Assembly (NCBI GenBank): GCA_038087875.1
Contig: CM075995.1
Span: 9,922,001 to 9,986,000 of the forward strand
Source: Malacoraja senta
Taxonomy: Eukaryota
DNA: 64,000 nt
Direction: 5' to 3'
Shown: in pieces, positions 11,681 through 25,277 of the stretch
Layout: every line of letters begins with the position of its first letter
Position numbering within the stretch: position 1 is the stretch's first letter
Notes under the pieces: generated by a model
Seen by the model: the letters and a program-made list of their open reading frames with translations, nothing else
Database searches by the model: none
Told to the model about the DNA's origin: nothing
Position numbers and translations under genes: made by a program

Positions 11681-14600
11681 GTATGAAGGTAAGGGGTAGA
11701 ATATGAGTAAAATTGATGGGAATATGGGGAGAAGAGTTTATTGAAAACAATAGTTGGGAATGGAATTGTTTAGCAGCATCGACTTGCTAGGCCAAAGGGT
11801 TATGCTGCCATGTTATTTGGAAATAGTGTATAAAGACACGGATGTGCGCACATCAGAATTAATTCTTGCTGAACCCTGGCAACATCTGGGCTGTAGTATC
11901 CACACTGAATTAAATCACTGCACTGCAGCATAGTCATTCACGATTAATTTGCTGCTGAACTGCAGTTTATGCTCCTGGATTGTAATGTACTCAAGATTAA
12001 TTCATCATGGGGTTGCAATGTGCACACTGTAGCATATGGATTCAGAATTCATGTACAGCTGAGCTATAAAGTATTGAAGTGATTAATTCACTGCTGAGCA
12101 GATATTTTGTGCATTTGGTATTAATTCACCACTGAGCTGCATTGTATGCTCTTAAGGTTAATTTGTTGCCAAACTGTAGTGGGTATATTTAGGATTAATA
12201 TGCCGCTCCACTATAAGGCACACAGAAATGTAAGACAGATTGTCATATAATATGTAGGAAAGAACTGCAGATGCTGGTTTAAATTGAAGATAGACACAAA
12301 ATGCTGAAGTAACTCAGCGGGACAGGCAGCATCTCTGGAGAGAAGGAATGGGTGTTTCGGGTGGAGACCCTTCTTCACACTGAGTTACTCCAGTATTTTG
12401 TGTCTATTTGTGGTATAATGTGGGCTATACTTGGTTTGCAGTATCTTTTTCCATTTGTTGAAGATTCACTTGTAATCTGCCTACTGCCGTGATAGAATCT
12501 GTTTATCAAACATGCGAGAGGAAACTTGAGCATTGTGGAACAGTTTGCTTTACAGATATCTGCAGGACTGCAAGCAGTTTGTTATGTTGGTAGATAAAGA
12601 CTTCACCAGTTTTGAAACACTATTTGACCATCGCTGGAGTATTGCTTGTTTTTATTTGCCACAGTCTAGAATGTGCACCTCTGGAAAAAGTGGAATGGAG
12701 ATCTTCTGGAACAGCTTGATGGATGTTAGATTTCAGTTATGAAGCTAGACAGGAACAGTTTGTGTTGTTCCTTGAAGGTGGTTTAAGTTGAGGGGCAATT
12801 CGGTTAAAGTCCTGACTGGTTTAGAGCACGTGGAGGGAAGTTGTTTCCGTTAGCTAATGATTCACTGACAAGGGGCATGGATTTGAAGCGAAAAGCAGAA
12901 GACCCTTCATATGACTCTTTGCTCATTTGCCTTTGCATAAACCTGAGGCACACAGACCGCTGTGTTCTGATTTCTGTGTTTGGAGTGTTGCTTTGTAATC
13001 TGGAGTCCCTATTGAACTGTGATAAACTGCAATATATGGTACTGGTGCCATGGCATTTAAAAGTTGTTGATAATTAGGATGTATGTATAATGTTGCAGAT
13101 GGGTAGTTATTACTTTCCCAGCTGTTTGGGCAGTGCATCATTCATTTTCTTTTGGTTTTTCAGTTTGCCCTTTGATCCCCAGTGACTTTACTCTTGCTGG
13201 TTGAAGTTCTGGGTTCTGGGTGCTTTCTCTTTGATTGTGTTTGAATTTTTTTACTTGTTTGTTTGTCTGCGCACATCTTCTTTATTTGTCACCTCAGTAA
13301 TATCAAGCCTGACTGAGTCTGTCTTTCTCTTTAGAGTCTGGGTTCCTTTCTTTAAAAACAAATGAACTTACTTGAAACTGTATGCATGTACATCAGGGTT
13401 CCTGTTAATTTAACATTTTATGTAAACTTGCCTTGCTCCTGATATTTTGAGAGTAGACAAAGTTGGAAAGGGGTGAATGGGCATCATAACAAAATGCCAA
13501 GATGTCCCATAGTGAAAACTTTTCTTTGGGAAGCCCTTTTATTGTTGCTGTCAGACTACCTACCGATGAAGCCTCTGCTGTTGTGCAGTGAACAGTCGGC
13601 CTTGCATCTGCTCTGATTGCTTTCTATTTGGATCCCTTTGTCTTGTGATCTGTGCATCCTATCTTTCACATATTGTTCCCACGTCTCATGGTTATTAAAT
13701 TATTCTGCACAGTATTGTAAGTAATACATTTATTTGAATTGAGGATTGATTGCAGACTTTTTTGGGGTTGGGAGGTTGTGAATAACGAGAGGCTGCAGTA
13801 ATCAGTGTTAGATCCCATTTCGATGACCATAATCAATAATTTGAATGAGTTGACCAAGTCTGATGACTCCAAAAATTTCTGATGGGTTTAGGAGGATCCA
13901 AAGGAAATAGATGGGTAAAATGAATGGATGAGAATGTGGCAGGCAGATGGAATATAATGTTCAACAATGTGAGAGCTTCCATATTGGTGGAAAACCAGTT
14001 AAGACAGAATTTTAAACCATAAGAAACAGAAAGATGTTGCTGTGTCGAGGAATATGGGTATCATATTGCAAAACTGGAATGCAGGTACAGCAATTAGAAG
14101 GCAGAAGATATGTTGACTGCAATTGCAAGAGGAATTGAGTACGAGTGAGATATTGTATTATATGGGCCATAATGTGGAGTATTGTGTATAGATGGCCCAG
14201 GACCCTTGCAATGGAGGGAGAGCAGTGAAAGTTCAAATTGATTGTTGGGATTGCTTGGACAAGGGGATTAAGAACTGCAGATGTTGGTTAATACACTAAA
14301 GGATACAAAGTACTGGAGTAACTCAGCAGGTCAATCAGCATCTCTGGAGAACATGGATCGGTGACGTTTTGAGTCGAGATCCTTCTTCAGAAAGAGAGTG
14401 AACTGACCTAAAACGTCATCCATCCATGTTCTCCAGAGATGCTGCCTAACCTGTTGAGTTACTCGAACACTTAGTATCAGTTTTAAGCAGATTGGACCTG
14501 TACTCCCCTCTATGGCGTAGAATGAGGCGAGGATAAATGTGGAAATGATATTCCGCTCGTCAGGGCACCCAGAGCCAGGTATCAGAATATAAAGAACCGG

Positions 14601-16519
14601 CTGGTTTTCATGGATAGATGTTTAGCTATTAAGAGAATTGAGGGATATGTAGTTGATGTAGCATAGGCTCTGAGATAAAAAGGTTAGCCATGATCTTATT
14701 GTTAGTGGTGCAGACGAGGTACTGTATGGCCTGTTCCTGCTTCTAACGGTGCCATGCTTTCATTCAACCTTCCTCTCCTTCTATAATCCATGTGTGATTC
14801 TGTCGCTAATTTAGTGATCTTTGTAATGAGATGTCCTCTTTATGTGTCCAGGCAACCTTGGGGGGGGGGGGGGGGGAATGAAGTAGTTGAAGTGCGCTGG
14901 TCATTTACAGGTTGGGAGGAGAGGAAATGAGATCAGACCACGCAAGATAATTAACCTGTTCGATGTCAATTGACACAAACTGGTAGTGCAAAACAGTAGA
15001 AAGGAGACTTGTAGGAGCAGTAACAATAAGGGGGCTTCATTGTATGCAGCCAGATGTGCAATGTCGATGCAGTGAGAGCAGTATACACAGTTTTTGCTAT
15101 GGGCTCATACACTAATCACAAAATTTCATGTGGTTTTATACCATTTATATATTTTAAAATCTCATATGAAAATGGGGTCATTTCTTAACTTTTAAAAATC
15201 TTGGCGGGAACTCTGGCGTACCCACATCCGTAACACTGTCACCTCAAAGTTAAAAGAAGCCTTTATTAGATTTTTTTCATAAGTGACTTCCTCTCATCAG
15301 ACACTGGGTTCCTTTCGAAAATGGGCATGCTGGGAACTGTGCGATTGTCTCGACTCCAAAGATCAGGTAGGGACTTTTGTCAAAAAGCACTAACACTTGG
15401 AGTTTTGAAAATGTCTTGAGTTATGTGATTTGTTTTGGTTAAAAGCTCACAGAAAGTGATCTTAGCATTTCTGCTGGAGTAGTGGTCATCTGGTGCAGAA
15501 ACACCAGTGCAGGCACACAGCTATTGCAGATTCCAATATGTCGTGTTCAGGTGGAGTGGAGGAAAGAGGAGGAGTTTAAATTCATAAAGTTAGCTTGTCC
15601 TTTCCCTGTTGAGAATTTTTTTGAAGTTGTTGTTCAGGCTCTTGTGTACATTATGAAAGTGAGGCAGCAAAGGAAATGTGGAGTGATATTTGCATGTCTG
15701 TGTGTGCTTCCCTTCTCATCACATCTGAACTGCTTTTGAACAATTTCCACAGTTGTTTTGTTGGACCTTTTTTGGGAATGGGGAATCGTGTAGAGGGAAG
15801 GTTTTTTTTAATGTTTTTTTTCTCCCTTTAATGCTTTCTCCCTTTCTTCCCTTTACCCTTGTTTCTTTTCCAAATTTACAGCAAAGCTTCGTGCTTCCTT
15901 CCCACCATTGGGAAGTGGCCCAAGCCTCTGCTTTCTACTTTGACCATCAGTGTTGCACAATCAACTGTTAGTTCCTTTTTCTTTTGACTTGACAAAGGGA
16001 CCCTGCTTTGTCTGTGGAACATTGTTTATCTGCTTTTCCTCCTTTCCCCAGCCTTGCCCAGAGCTCCCAAGGGATGACCACAGCTGAAGATTCTGATATC
16101 TGGTATCCTGCAGCTCTGGGATCCCTTCCTACCTGGCAGGTTGGTGTTACACTACCATCCCACAATCTGAATGAAACTGCAGCCAGTACATTTGGATGTG
16201 GGACTGCAGCCAAGGTCTTCCCCAATTCATCTTATTGGAGCACGCTTTGAACAGAGACTGCATTTTAGTGAAGAGAGTGCCGGACTGTTGTTCAGATTGA
16301 TAGTTTGACATTCCAGGCATAAGAAAAGAAGTTAAGGCCGAGCTTCAAATGGTTTCCATGTGGCCAACATTACTTACCTGTGCTTGTTTCAGATGGTATG
16401 AACCACAGTAAGCACTAGCTTTTTTCTCAGTTTAGTATTTTTATACAGCACTTGTTATTGAGATCTGCGTACAGCAGTGTAGCAGTAAAGTTGCCTGAAA
16501 GATGTGGCCTGACACTTAA

Positions 16520-16858
<339 letters not shown>

Positions 16859-17297
16859 TGAATTGACCATAATTCTATTACTTTTAAAAAGTTAGGACTA
16901 GTCCAAAATTTGAAGTCCTAAATTGGGTTGACAATTTTGATGGTTTTAGATGATGGGGGGGGGGGCTTTGAAAAGTTGATTGTAGGAGGCTGTTTGCAGG
17001 TAAAGTGCCTAATGCTACTTTCACCTTGCTGTCCACCTGAACTAACACTTTCAGAGAACCATGTACCTGCCCTCTTAGATTTCTTTGTGCCACACCAATT
17101 TCCAGTACCAACTACACCACTAGTCTTGTCCTATTTAGACATACCAAATAGCAACACCTCACTCTTGGCAGAGTACCTTCTCTTTTGACATTCGTTGTCC
17201 CAGCTTCCCAACAGATCTGTGCCAACTGTTGGTTGTCAGCTCAAGTGCCAAATATCATGCGATCTGCGACTACTGTCCGAAATGGTCTTAGTCCTCT

Positions 17298-17560
17298 TAG
17301 AAACATAGAAACATAGAAAGTAGGTGCGAGAGTAGACCACCAGGCCCATCGAGCCCGCACCGCCATTCGCTCATGGCTGAACACTAAACAGACACCCTTA
17401 CCCACAAACAGTAGACACAAGACACAGAACACAAGACACTACCCTCCCCTTTATACCGCTGTCACCCCTCTCCACCCCAAGAACCGCGTGATCTCCTGGG
17501 GGAGGCAAAAAACCGGATAAAAACCCAGGTCCAATTCGGGGAAAAAATCCGGGAAATTTC
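17298..17560 (-). mobile_element. Isolated 3' UTR of the same long-UTR CR1 subfamily
   Basis: Near reverse complement of about 27250-27504. Confidence 0.85.
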
Positions 17561-19199
17561 TCAAATGCCTTATTTTTAGTTATGTTAATCGCTTTACTTC
17601 TTGGCTTTCATTGGACTCTTGGTTCTCTTTCTCCCACCCCGCCCCCTCCCATTCTGTGATATTTCTTCAGTCATTTCTAATTTCAAGTTATATCTCCTGG
17701 CATTATCTACAGAACTTATGTTTTTCTGTTATTTTTATTTGTACTTTCTGAAAGTACCCTGGAATATTTAATTCCTGATGTTGCTTGCCACAGTAAGATC
17801 TAAGCAGATGTTGGTCCAAATGTATCTACCGTTGCTTGGATCACAAAATAGGAGCACAGGTGGGTCATCTGACACCTCAAACCTGTGCTGCCAGTTGACA
17901 TGGTGAACACTTTATCATCCTCATTAAATATATCCAGTGATCTAGCCTCCACGGCTGATCAAGATAGAGATAGATTTACCATCGTCCATCAGGCTTTCCT
18001 ATTACTCTTGGTTTTAAATGACTGCCTCTGTGTAACTTTGTCCCCGCTATTGAAATTCTCCCAATAATGGAAACATCACTAAGAATGTAGAACATAGAGC
18101 AGTACAGCGCTGGAACATGCCCTCTGTCCCACAATTCCCTATGTCGAACATGATGCCAAATTAAACAAATCGTTTCTGCCTGCACGATCCATATCCCTCC
18201 ATTTACGGCATATCCATGGTATCTATCTAGACTTTAATGCCTTATAATGTTGTGCTTTCTTAAGATCATTCCTCATTCTTCTAAATTCCTGGTCCAACTA
18301 CTTTAGCCACTCACAAGAGGAAACCCTCTAAACCCAAGAATTAGATTGGTGAATCACTTGTCTCCAATTTTACTACTTCCATTGTGTACACAACTCCAGA
18401 TGTGGCCCCATCAATACCATGTGCAATGAATGCAATGCTATCATATTTCTAAACTAATCTTACAATAAAGGTCAACATGCCATTTGCCTTCCTAACGACT
18501 TGCCTGTCTTTTTTTTTTAAACTACTTTTGAGATTCATGCACAAGAGCACCTCGATCCCTCTGATCTTGATTGCTCCCTGGGATATCCTTCCTGAGTACT
18601 TGCATAATGCTCTCCCAAATCAGTAGTACCACACCCCCTCCCCTTTTGCAACCCCTCCTATCACATTTGAATCTTCTTTACTGCTTTACCGTCCACCAGG
18701 CTTCCGTGATTGCAACACTATCTTGATTCATGTGCTGATCCACACTCAACTCAACACAATCATGACTGGGACGTTTCTTGCATTAAGATGCAACCTTCTC
18801 ATGCTTTCCCAATTGAACCTGTCCCCTCTGTCTACTGGACTTGCCTGTTCTATTTCCTACCATGATTCTGACACCCAACTCAACCCATTTCACTGTTATT
18901 CTGCTGCCTTGCTAGTTTAATCTTTACCTACAAGGGTATTGGTCCTCCAGTTTAGGTGTAACCTGCCCTCCTTGTACAGGTCCCCATACCCCAGAGGAGG
19001 ATGTAACAATGAACAATAAGGACCTGGTGGACGTGTAGAACAAAAAGATTGAGGAGTACACCTGCATAGTTCCCTGAAAGTGGTGTCGCAAGTGGACAGG
19101 ATGGGGAAGATGAGTTTTGGTATGCAGGCCTTCCTTCATTAGTAAGGGCATTGAGTACAGAAATTAGGATCTATGTTGTGGTGTACAAGATGTTGGTGA

Positions 19200-20850
19200 G
19201 GTCACAGTTGGAATGTTAGTCATAGAGCATGGAAACGGGCCGTTTGGCCACAATTGGCCGTTTGGCCAAAATTTGACCGTGCTGACAAAGATAGTCCATC
19301 TACGCTGATCCTACCTGACTGTGTTTGGCTCTTATACCTCTAAACCTTTCCTATCCATGTACCTGTCCCAATGTCTTTTAAATATTGAGTTCCGAACACT
19401 TCAACTTTCTCCTCTGGCAGCTTGTTCCATATACCCATTATGTGTGAGAAAATGTTGCCCCCTCGGGTTCCCACTACATTTTTCCCTTCTCATCTTAAAT
19501 CTACGTCCTCTAGTTCCTGATTCACCAACTCTGTGTAAAAGACTGCTTCCACCTTTTGTACACCTCAATCTCTTGCGCTCCAAAGTATAAAGACCAAGCC
19601 TGCCCAACAACCTCCTCTAGCTCAGCTCGAGTCCTGGCAACATCTTTGTAAATCTTCTATACATGGTTTCAGCTTAAATGACATCCTTCCTATACAAGGC
19701 AGTGGAGGCCAATTCACTGGATGTATTCAAGAGAGAGTTAGATATAAGTCTTGGGGCTAATGAAATCAAGGGATATGGGGAGAAAGCAGGAACAGGGTAC
19801 TGATTCTGGATAATCAGCCATGATCACATTGAATGGCGGTGCTGGCTTGAAGGGATGAATGGTCTACTCCTGCACCTATTTTCTATATTTCTAAGGTGAG
19901 CAAATCTGAACACTACTCCAATTGTGGCCTCACCAATGTGTTATACAACTGTAACATAATATCCCAACTTCTATACTCAATACCTTGACTGATCAAGACC
20001 AATATATCAAAAGCTGCCTTATCCATCCTATCTTCCTGTGACTCCATTTTCATGGAACTATGTACCTGCACTCCTAGATCTTTCTGCTCTACAATACTCC
20101 CAGGGCCCTACCATTCGCTGTGCTGGACCTGCCCTGTTTGACCTCCCAAAATGTAACACCTCGCACTTATCTGCATTAAAAACCCAATAGGTATTCCTCA
20201 GTCCACATTCCCAGCTGATCACGATCCTGAGTCCATTTTTGATAATCGTCTTTGCTATTTACGATACCACCCACTTTACTGTCATCTGCATACTTATGAA
20301 TCATGTCTTCTGCATTCTCATCCAAATCGTTAATATAACGCACAAACAGCAATGGGTCCAGCACCAAGCCCTGACGTCCACTACTAGTCACAGGCCTCCA
20401 GTCTGAAAAACAATCTTCCACCATCACCCTCTGCTTCCTTGCATATGAAGCCAACTCTATCCAGTCAGCTAGCTCTCCTTGGATCCCACACGATCTCATC
20501 TTTCCGAGCAGCCTACCATGCTGAACCTTCTCTAGGGCATTGCTATGGTCCATATAGATGTCTGCGGCTTTTTCTTCGTCATCCTTTTTTGTTACTACTT
20601 CAAAGTACTCAATCAGATTCATAAGACACAATCTCACATACAAAGCCAAGCAGACTGTCCCTAATCAGCCTCTGTCTATCCAAAGGCACCTTATCGCTCT
20701 GAAAACTTGCTACAACCAATGTTAGGCTCACAGGTTTATAGTTCCCTGATTTTGCAGCCCTTCTTAAATAGAGGCACAACATTAGCCACCTTCCCGTCTT
20801 CTAGCACCTCACTCATGCCTAACGATATTCGTACCTGAGCCAGGGCTACT
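19200..20850 (-). mobile_element. Degenerate CR1 RT region
   Basis: ORF 20649-20176 includes LDPLLFVRYINDLD and KYADD. Confidence 0.85.
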
Positions 20851-22544
20851 GCAATTTTTGTTTGGCTTCCCGCAGTGTCCTTATAGAGTTCAGAAGAGAT
20901 TTAAAGAATGTTGCCAGGACTCAAGGGAATCACATAGGAGAGGTTGGGTGGACTAGGACTTTATTTCTGACAGTACAGGAGACTGAGGGTTTTCCTATAT
21001 GTATCACCCAAGTTGCCCCTCGGGTTCCTGAGAAATATTTCCTCCTCTCAAACCTTTGCCCTTTTCTACTCGATTCCCCAACACTGAGGGATAATGGTGT
21101 GCATTCACACTATCTCGGCCCCATACGAATTTATACGACCCTTTAACTCGACCTCGGGTCATTGAATTATACCCCTTTGGCCCAACTCATCCATGGAGCT
21201 ACCATGAGCTAGTCCATTTGCATACACTGGTCCTATATCCATGTAAACCATTAAATACTTAAATGTTGTAATTGTGCCCACTTTACCACTTCACGCAGCT
21301 CGCTCCACGTTCTTGCCCTTCTCTGTAAAGTCTCACTGGCCTGTAGTTCTCTGGCTTATCCTAGCAGCCTTTCTTAAATAAAGGAACAACTTTCCCCTTT
21401 ACCTTAACTGCCAAAGGTATCTCGTCCCTATTGGCCTCCCTGAATTTGCACTTGTGTGGTCTTACTTTCCTTTATACTCCTTGAGGAATTCTTTAATCTC
21501 GCATTCCCCCTTTTTTTCTGACCAGAGTGTCGATATCCCTCATCAACCAGGGTTGCTTACTTCTGCCAGTTTTGCCCCTCACTCTAACAGGAACATGTTT
21601 CCCTGAACTCTCATCTCACTTTTAAAAGCCTTGCATTTACCAGACATTCCTTTACCTACAAACAGTCTCACCAAATCGATTGCTGCAAGTTCCTATCCAA
21701 TGCCATCATAATTTGCTACTTGCCCAGTCTTATTTCCCAAGAGATCAAGTGTCGCCCTCTGTCTTGTGGAGCTATCTACATATTACTTTAGAAATTTTTC
21801 GTTGACAATTAACAAATAGTTGAAGCTCAGGGTCCCAAATGCCTTATTATTGCCTGCTCTTTCCAAAGTCCTGATACATACAAAGACTACGTGCATATAC
21901 ATTCAGGTCCCCCTATTGCCCCACATTCTATGAAAATTATGTAGCACAAGGAAACAATAGAAGCAGAATTGGCCATCAGCCCTTCAAGCCTGCCCTGCCA
22001 TTCAATGTGATCATGTCTGCAATGTGAAAGCCGCCTCCATATCCCTCCAGTCCTTGACCTATCAAGTATTTATCCACCTTCACTCATGTTACACTAGTAC
22101 AAGTAGTTGGTAAGGGCATATTTGTGTATAGGTCTAGTTGTCCTGCTAAAATAAAGGATGCGATGAAACTGGAAAGAGTGCAAAAAGATTAACAAGTATT
22201 TACTGGAAGACTCGATTTACAGCCAAGCAGGATTTACATTAAGCGTTTAAGAAAGATCTTCAACGATGTTGCTGGGTGAGGAAAGTTTAAGAGATTGGCA
22301 AGGTTAGGATTTTTTCCCATGTTGCATTGGTGGCTGAGGGGTGACCTCAAAGATTTAAAATTATGAGGAGCCTAAATAAGGTGAATACATAGCCTTCCCC
22401 AGAGTATGTAGTATAAAACTAGGGGCCATGGAGTTTAGGTGAGAAGGGTAAGATTTAAAGGGACCTGAGGGGCAACTTTTTCCACATAGGGTAGTGCGTA
22501 TATGGAACAAGCTGCCAGAGGAAGTGATGGAGGCAGGTACAATT

Positions 22545-24330
22545 AGAAACATAGAAATATAGAAAATAGGTGCAGGAGGTGGCCATTCGGCCCTTCGAGC
22601 CAGCACCGCCATTCATTGTGATCATGGCTGATCGTCCCCTATCAATAACCCGTGCCTGCCTTCTCCCCATACCCCTTGACTCCACTGGTCCCTAGAGCTA
22701 TATCTAACTCTCTTAAATCCATCCAGTGATTTGGCCTCCACTGCCCTCTGTGGCAGGGAATTCCATAAATTCACAACTCTCTGGGTGAAAAAGTTTTTTC
22801 TCACCTCAGTCTTAAATGACCTCCCCTTTATTCTAAGACTGTGGCCCCTGGTTCTGGACTCGCCCAACATTGGGAACATTTTTCCTGCATCTAGCTTGCC
22901 CAGTCCTTTTATAATTTTATACGTTTCTATAAGATCTCCCCTCATCCTTCTAAACTCCTGTGAATACAAGCCTAGTCTTTTCAATCTTTCCTCATATGAC
23001 AGTCCCGCCATACCAGGGATCAATCTCGTGAACCTACGCTGCACTGCCTCAATCACAAGGATGTCCTTCCTCAAATTAGGAGACCAAAACTACACAATAC
23101 TCCAGATGTGGTCTCACCAGAGCCCTATACAACTGCAGAAGAACCTCTTTACTCCTATACTGAAATCCTCTTGTTATGAAGGCCAACATTCCATTAGCTT
23201 TCTTGACTGCCTGCTGTACCTGCACGCCAACTTTCAGTGACACCCAGGTCTCGCTGTACCTCCCCCTTACCTAACCTAACCCCATATGACATCTAAAAGA
23301 GACTTGGGCAGGTACATGGTTAGGAAAGGTTTAGAGGGCTATGGGCTGGGTGCTTGCAAGTGGGACGAGCTTAGTTAGGTGACTTAGTCAAAATGGACGG
23401 GTTTTGCCTGTTTCCGTTCAAGACTCGCATTAGTGAAAACATGAGGTCATAAGGGATCGGAGCAGAATTAGGCCATTTGGTCCATCAAGTCTACTCCGCC
23501 ATTCAATCATGGCTGATCTATCTCTCCCTCCTATAACCACTTACACTCATACTAATCAAGAATGTATCTATCTCTGCCTTAAAAAATATCCATTGACGGC
23601 CTCCACAGCCTTCTGTGGCGAATAATTCCACAGATTCACCACCCTCTGACTAAAGCAATTCCTCCTCGTCTCCTTCCTAAAGGAACGTCCTTTAATTCTG
23701 AGGCTATGACCTCTGGTCCTAGACTCTCCCACTAGTGGAAACATCCTCCGCATTCACTCTATCCAAACCATTCATTATTCGGTAAGTTTCAATGAGGTGT
23801 ACAGGCCCAGCACCGTCAAAAGCTCATCATATGTTAACCTGGTCATTCCTGAAATCATTCTTGTAAACTTCCTCTGCATCCTCTCCAGATCCAGCACATA
23901 ATTCCTCAGATACGGTGCCCAAAATTGCTCACAGTATTACATCCCTATTTGTATACAAGGCCTCTTGAAATAAATGCTAGCATTGAGTTTGCTTTCTTTA
24001 CTACCAATTCGACTTGCAGATTAATTTTTTGGGAATCCTGCACCAACATTCCCAAGTCCCTTTGCACATCCGATTGCTGCATTTCTCTCCCAATTTAGAA
24101 AATAGTCTAGGCCTTTATTCCTACTACCAAAATGCATGACTCCACACTTTGCTACACTATATTCCATCTGCCACTTCTCTGCCCACTCTCCCAACCTGTT
24201 CAATTCCTTCTGCAGAGTCCCTACTTTCTCTACCTGCCCCTCCATCTATTTTCACAGCCATGATCACATTGAATGGCGGTGCTGGGTCGAAGGGCCGAAT
24301 GGCCTACTCCTGCACCTATTGTCTATTGTC
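22545..24330 (-). mobile_element. CR1 3' fragments (at least two copies)
   Basis: ORF 23074-22622 is the CR1 ORF2 C-terminus; tail agaaacatagaaatatagaaaatagg. Confidence 0.88.
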
Positions 24331-25277
24331 ATATCATCTAGCCAGTCAATTCCTTTAGCATCTTATATACTTTAATAAAGTCATCCCTTGTATTTCAAAA
24401 TTTAAGGGAATATGGGCCCAGAATGTTTAGTGTCTCTTGGCAGGACAATCCTGTCATCCCAGGAATTGGCCTCCACTGTTATTTATTAGTAAGGTGACCA
24501 AAACTGTATGCAGTATTTCAGGTGAGACTTCAACAACACCAGGTACAATTGAAACAAATCCCACTCATTATTAAACTCTAACCCCTTTGCAATAAAGGCC
24601 AAAATATTGTTTGCCACCTTAACTAATTGTTGATCTGCCTGCTTGCGTTTTGTGATTCATGCACTAGACTACTTCGATCCCCCTGAACTTCACTCATTGC
24701 TGTCTCTCTCCATGTAGCTCATAATCTGCCTTTTGCCTTCTCTTATCGAAGTGCATGACCTTGCACATCCCCACATTAAACTCCGTTTGGCACTCTTTTG
24801 CCTACTCTCAATCTATAACTCTTGCAAAATCACAATATCCTTATGACAAAATGCCTTCCACCTATTTTTGTACCGTTGTCAAATTCAAAACCTTGCGCTC
24901 TGTTCCTTCCTCCAGTCATTTATGTAAATAGTATATAAATTAAGCTGAGAATTGATCCCTGTGGTAGTCTACTAGTTACGGCCTCCCAGTTGAAAAGGAC
25001 GCATTTATTCCAACTCTTTCTATGAGATGGTCGGTTTACGATCCATTCCAACACACCTGATACCACATGCATTTATATGGAACATAGAACAGTGCACCAC
25101 GTGATGTCTGTACGTAGCACAATGGCAATTTAAACTAATTACATTTAGTCTATATCTCTTCATTCTGTGGCTGTTCATGTGCCTGTATTCAGTTTAATTT
25201 AGTTTATTGTCACGTGTACTGAGGTACAATGGAAAGCTTTTTGTTGCTTGATAACCAGTCAGCAGAAAGACAATACA

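Noticed and set aside
11855..12215. CRISPR-like repeat-spacer appearance
   Set aside because: Vertebrate intron, degenerate repeats, related spacers, no cas genes
13394..15215. Possible old hAT element (cagggttcctgttaa ... ttggcgggaactctg)
   Set aside because: Only 11 of 15 TIR positions and 4 of 8 TSD positions match; insufficient support
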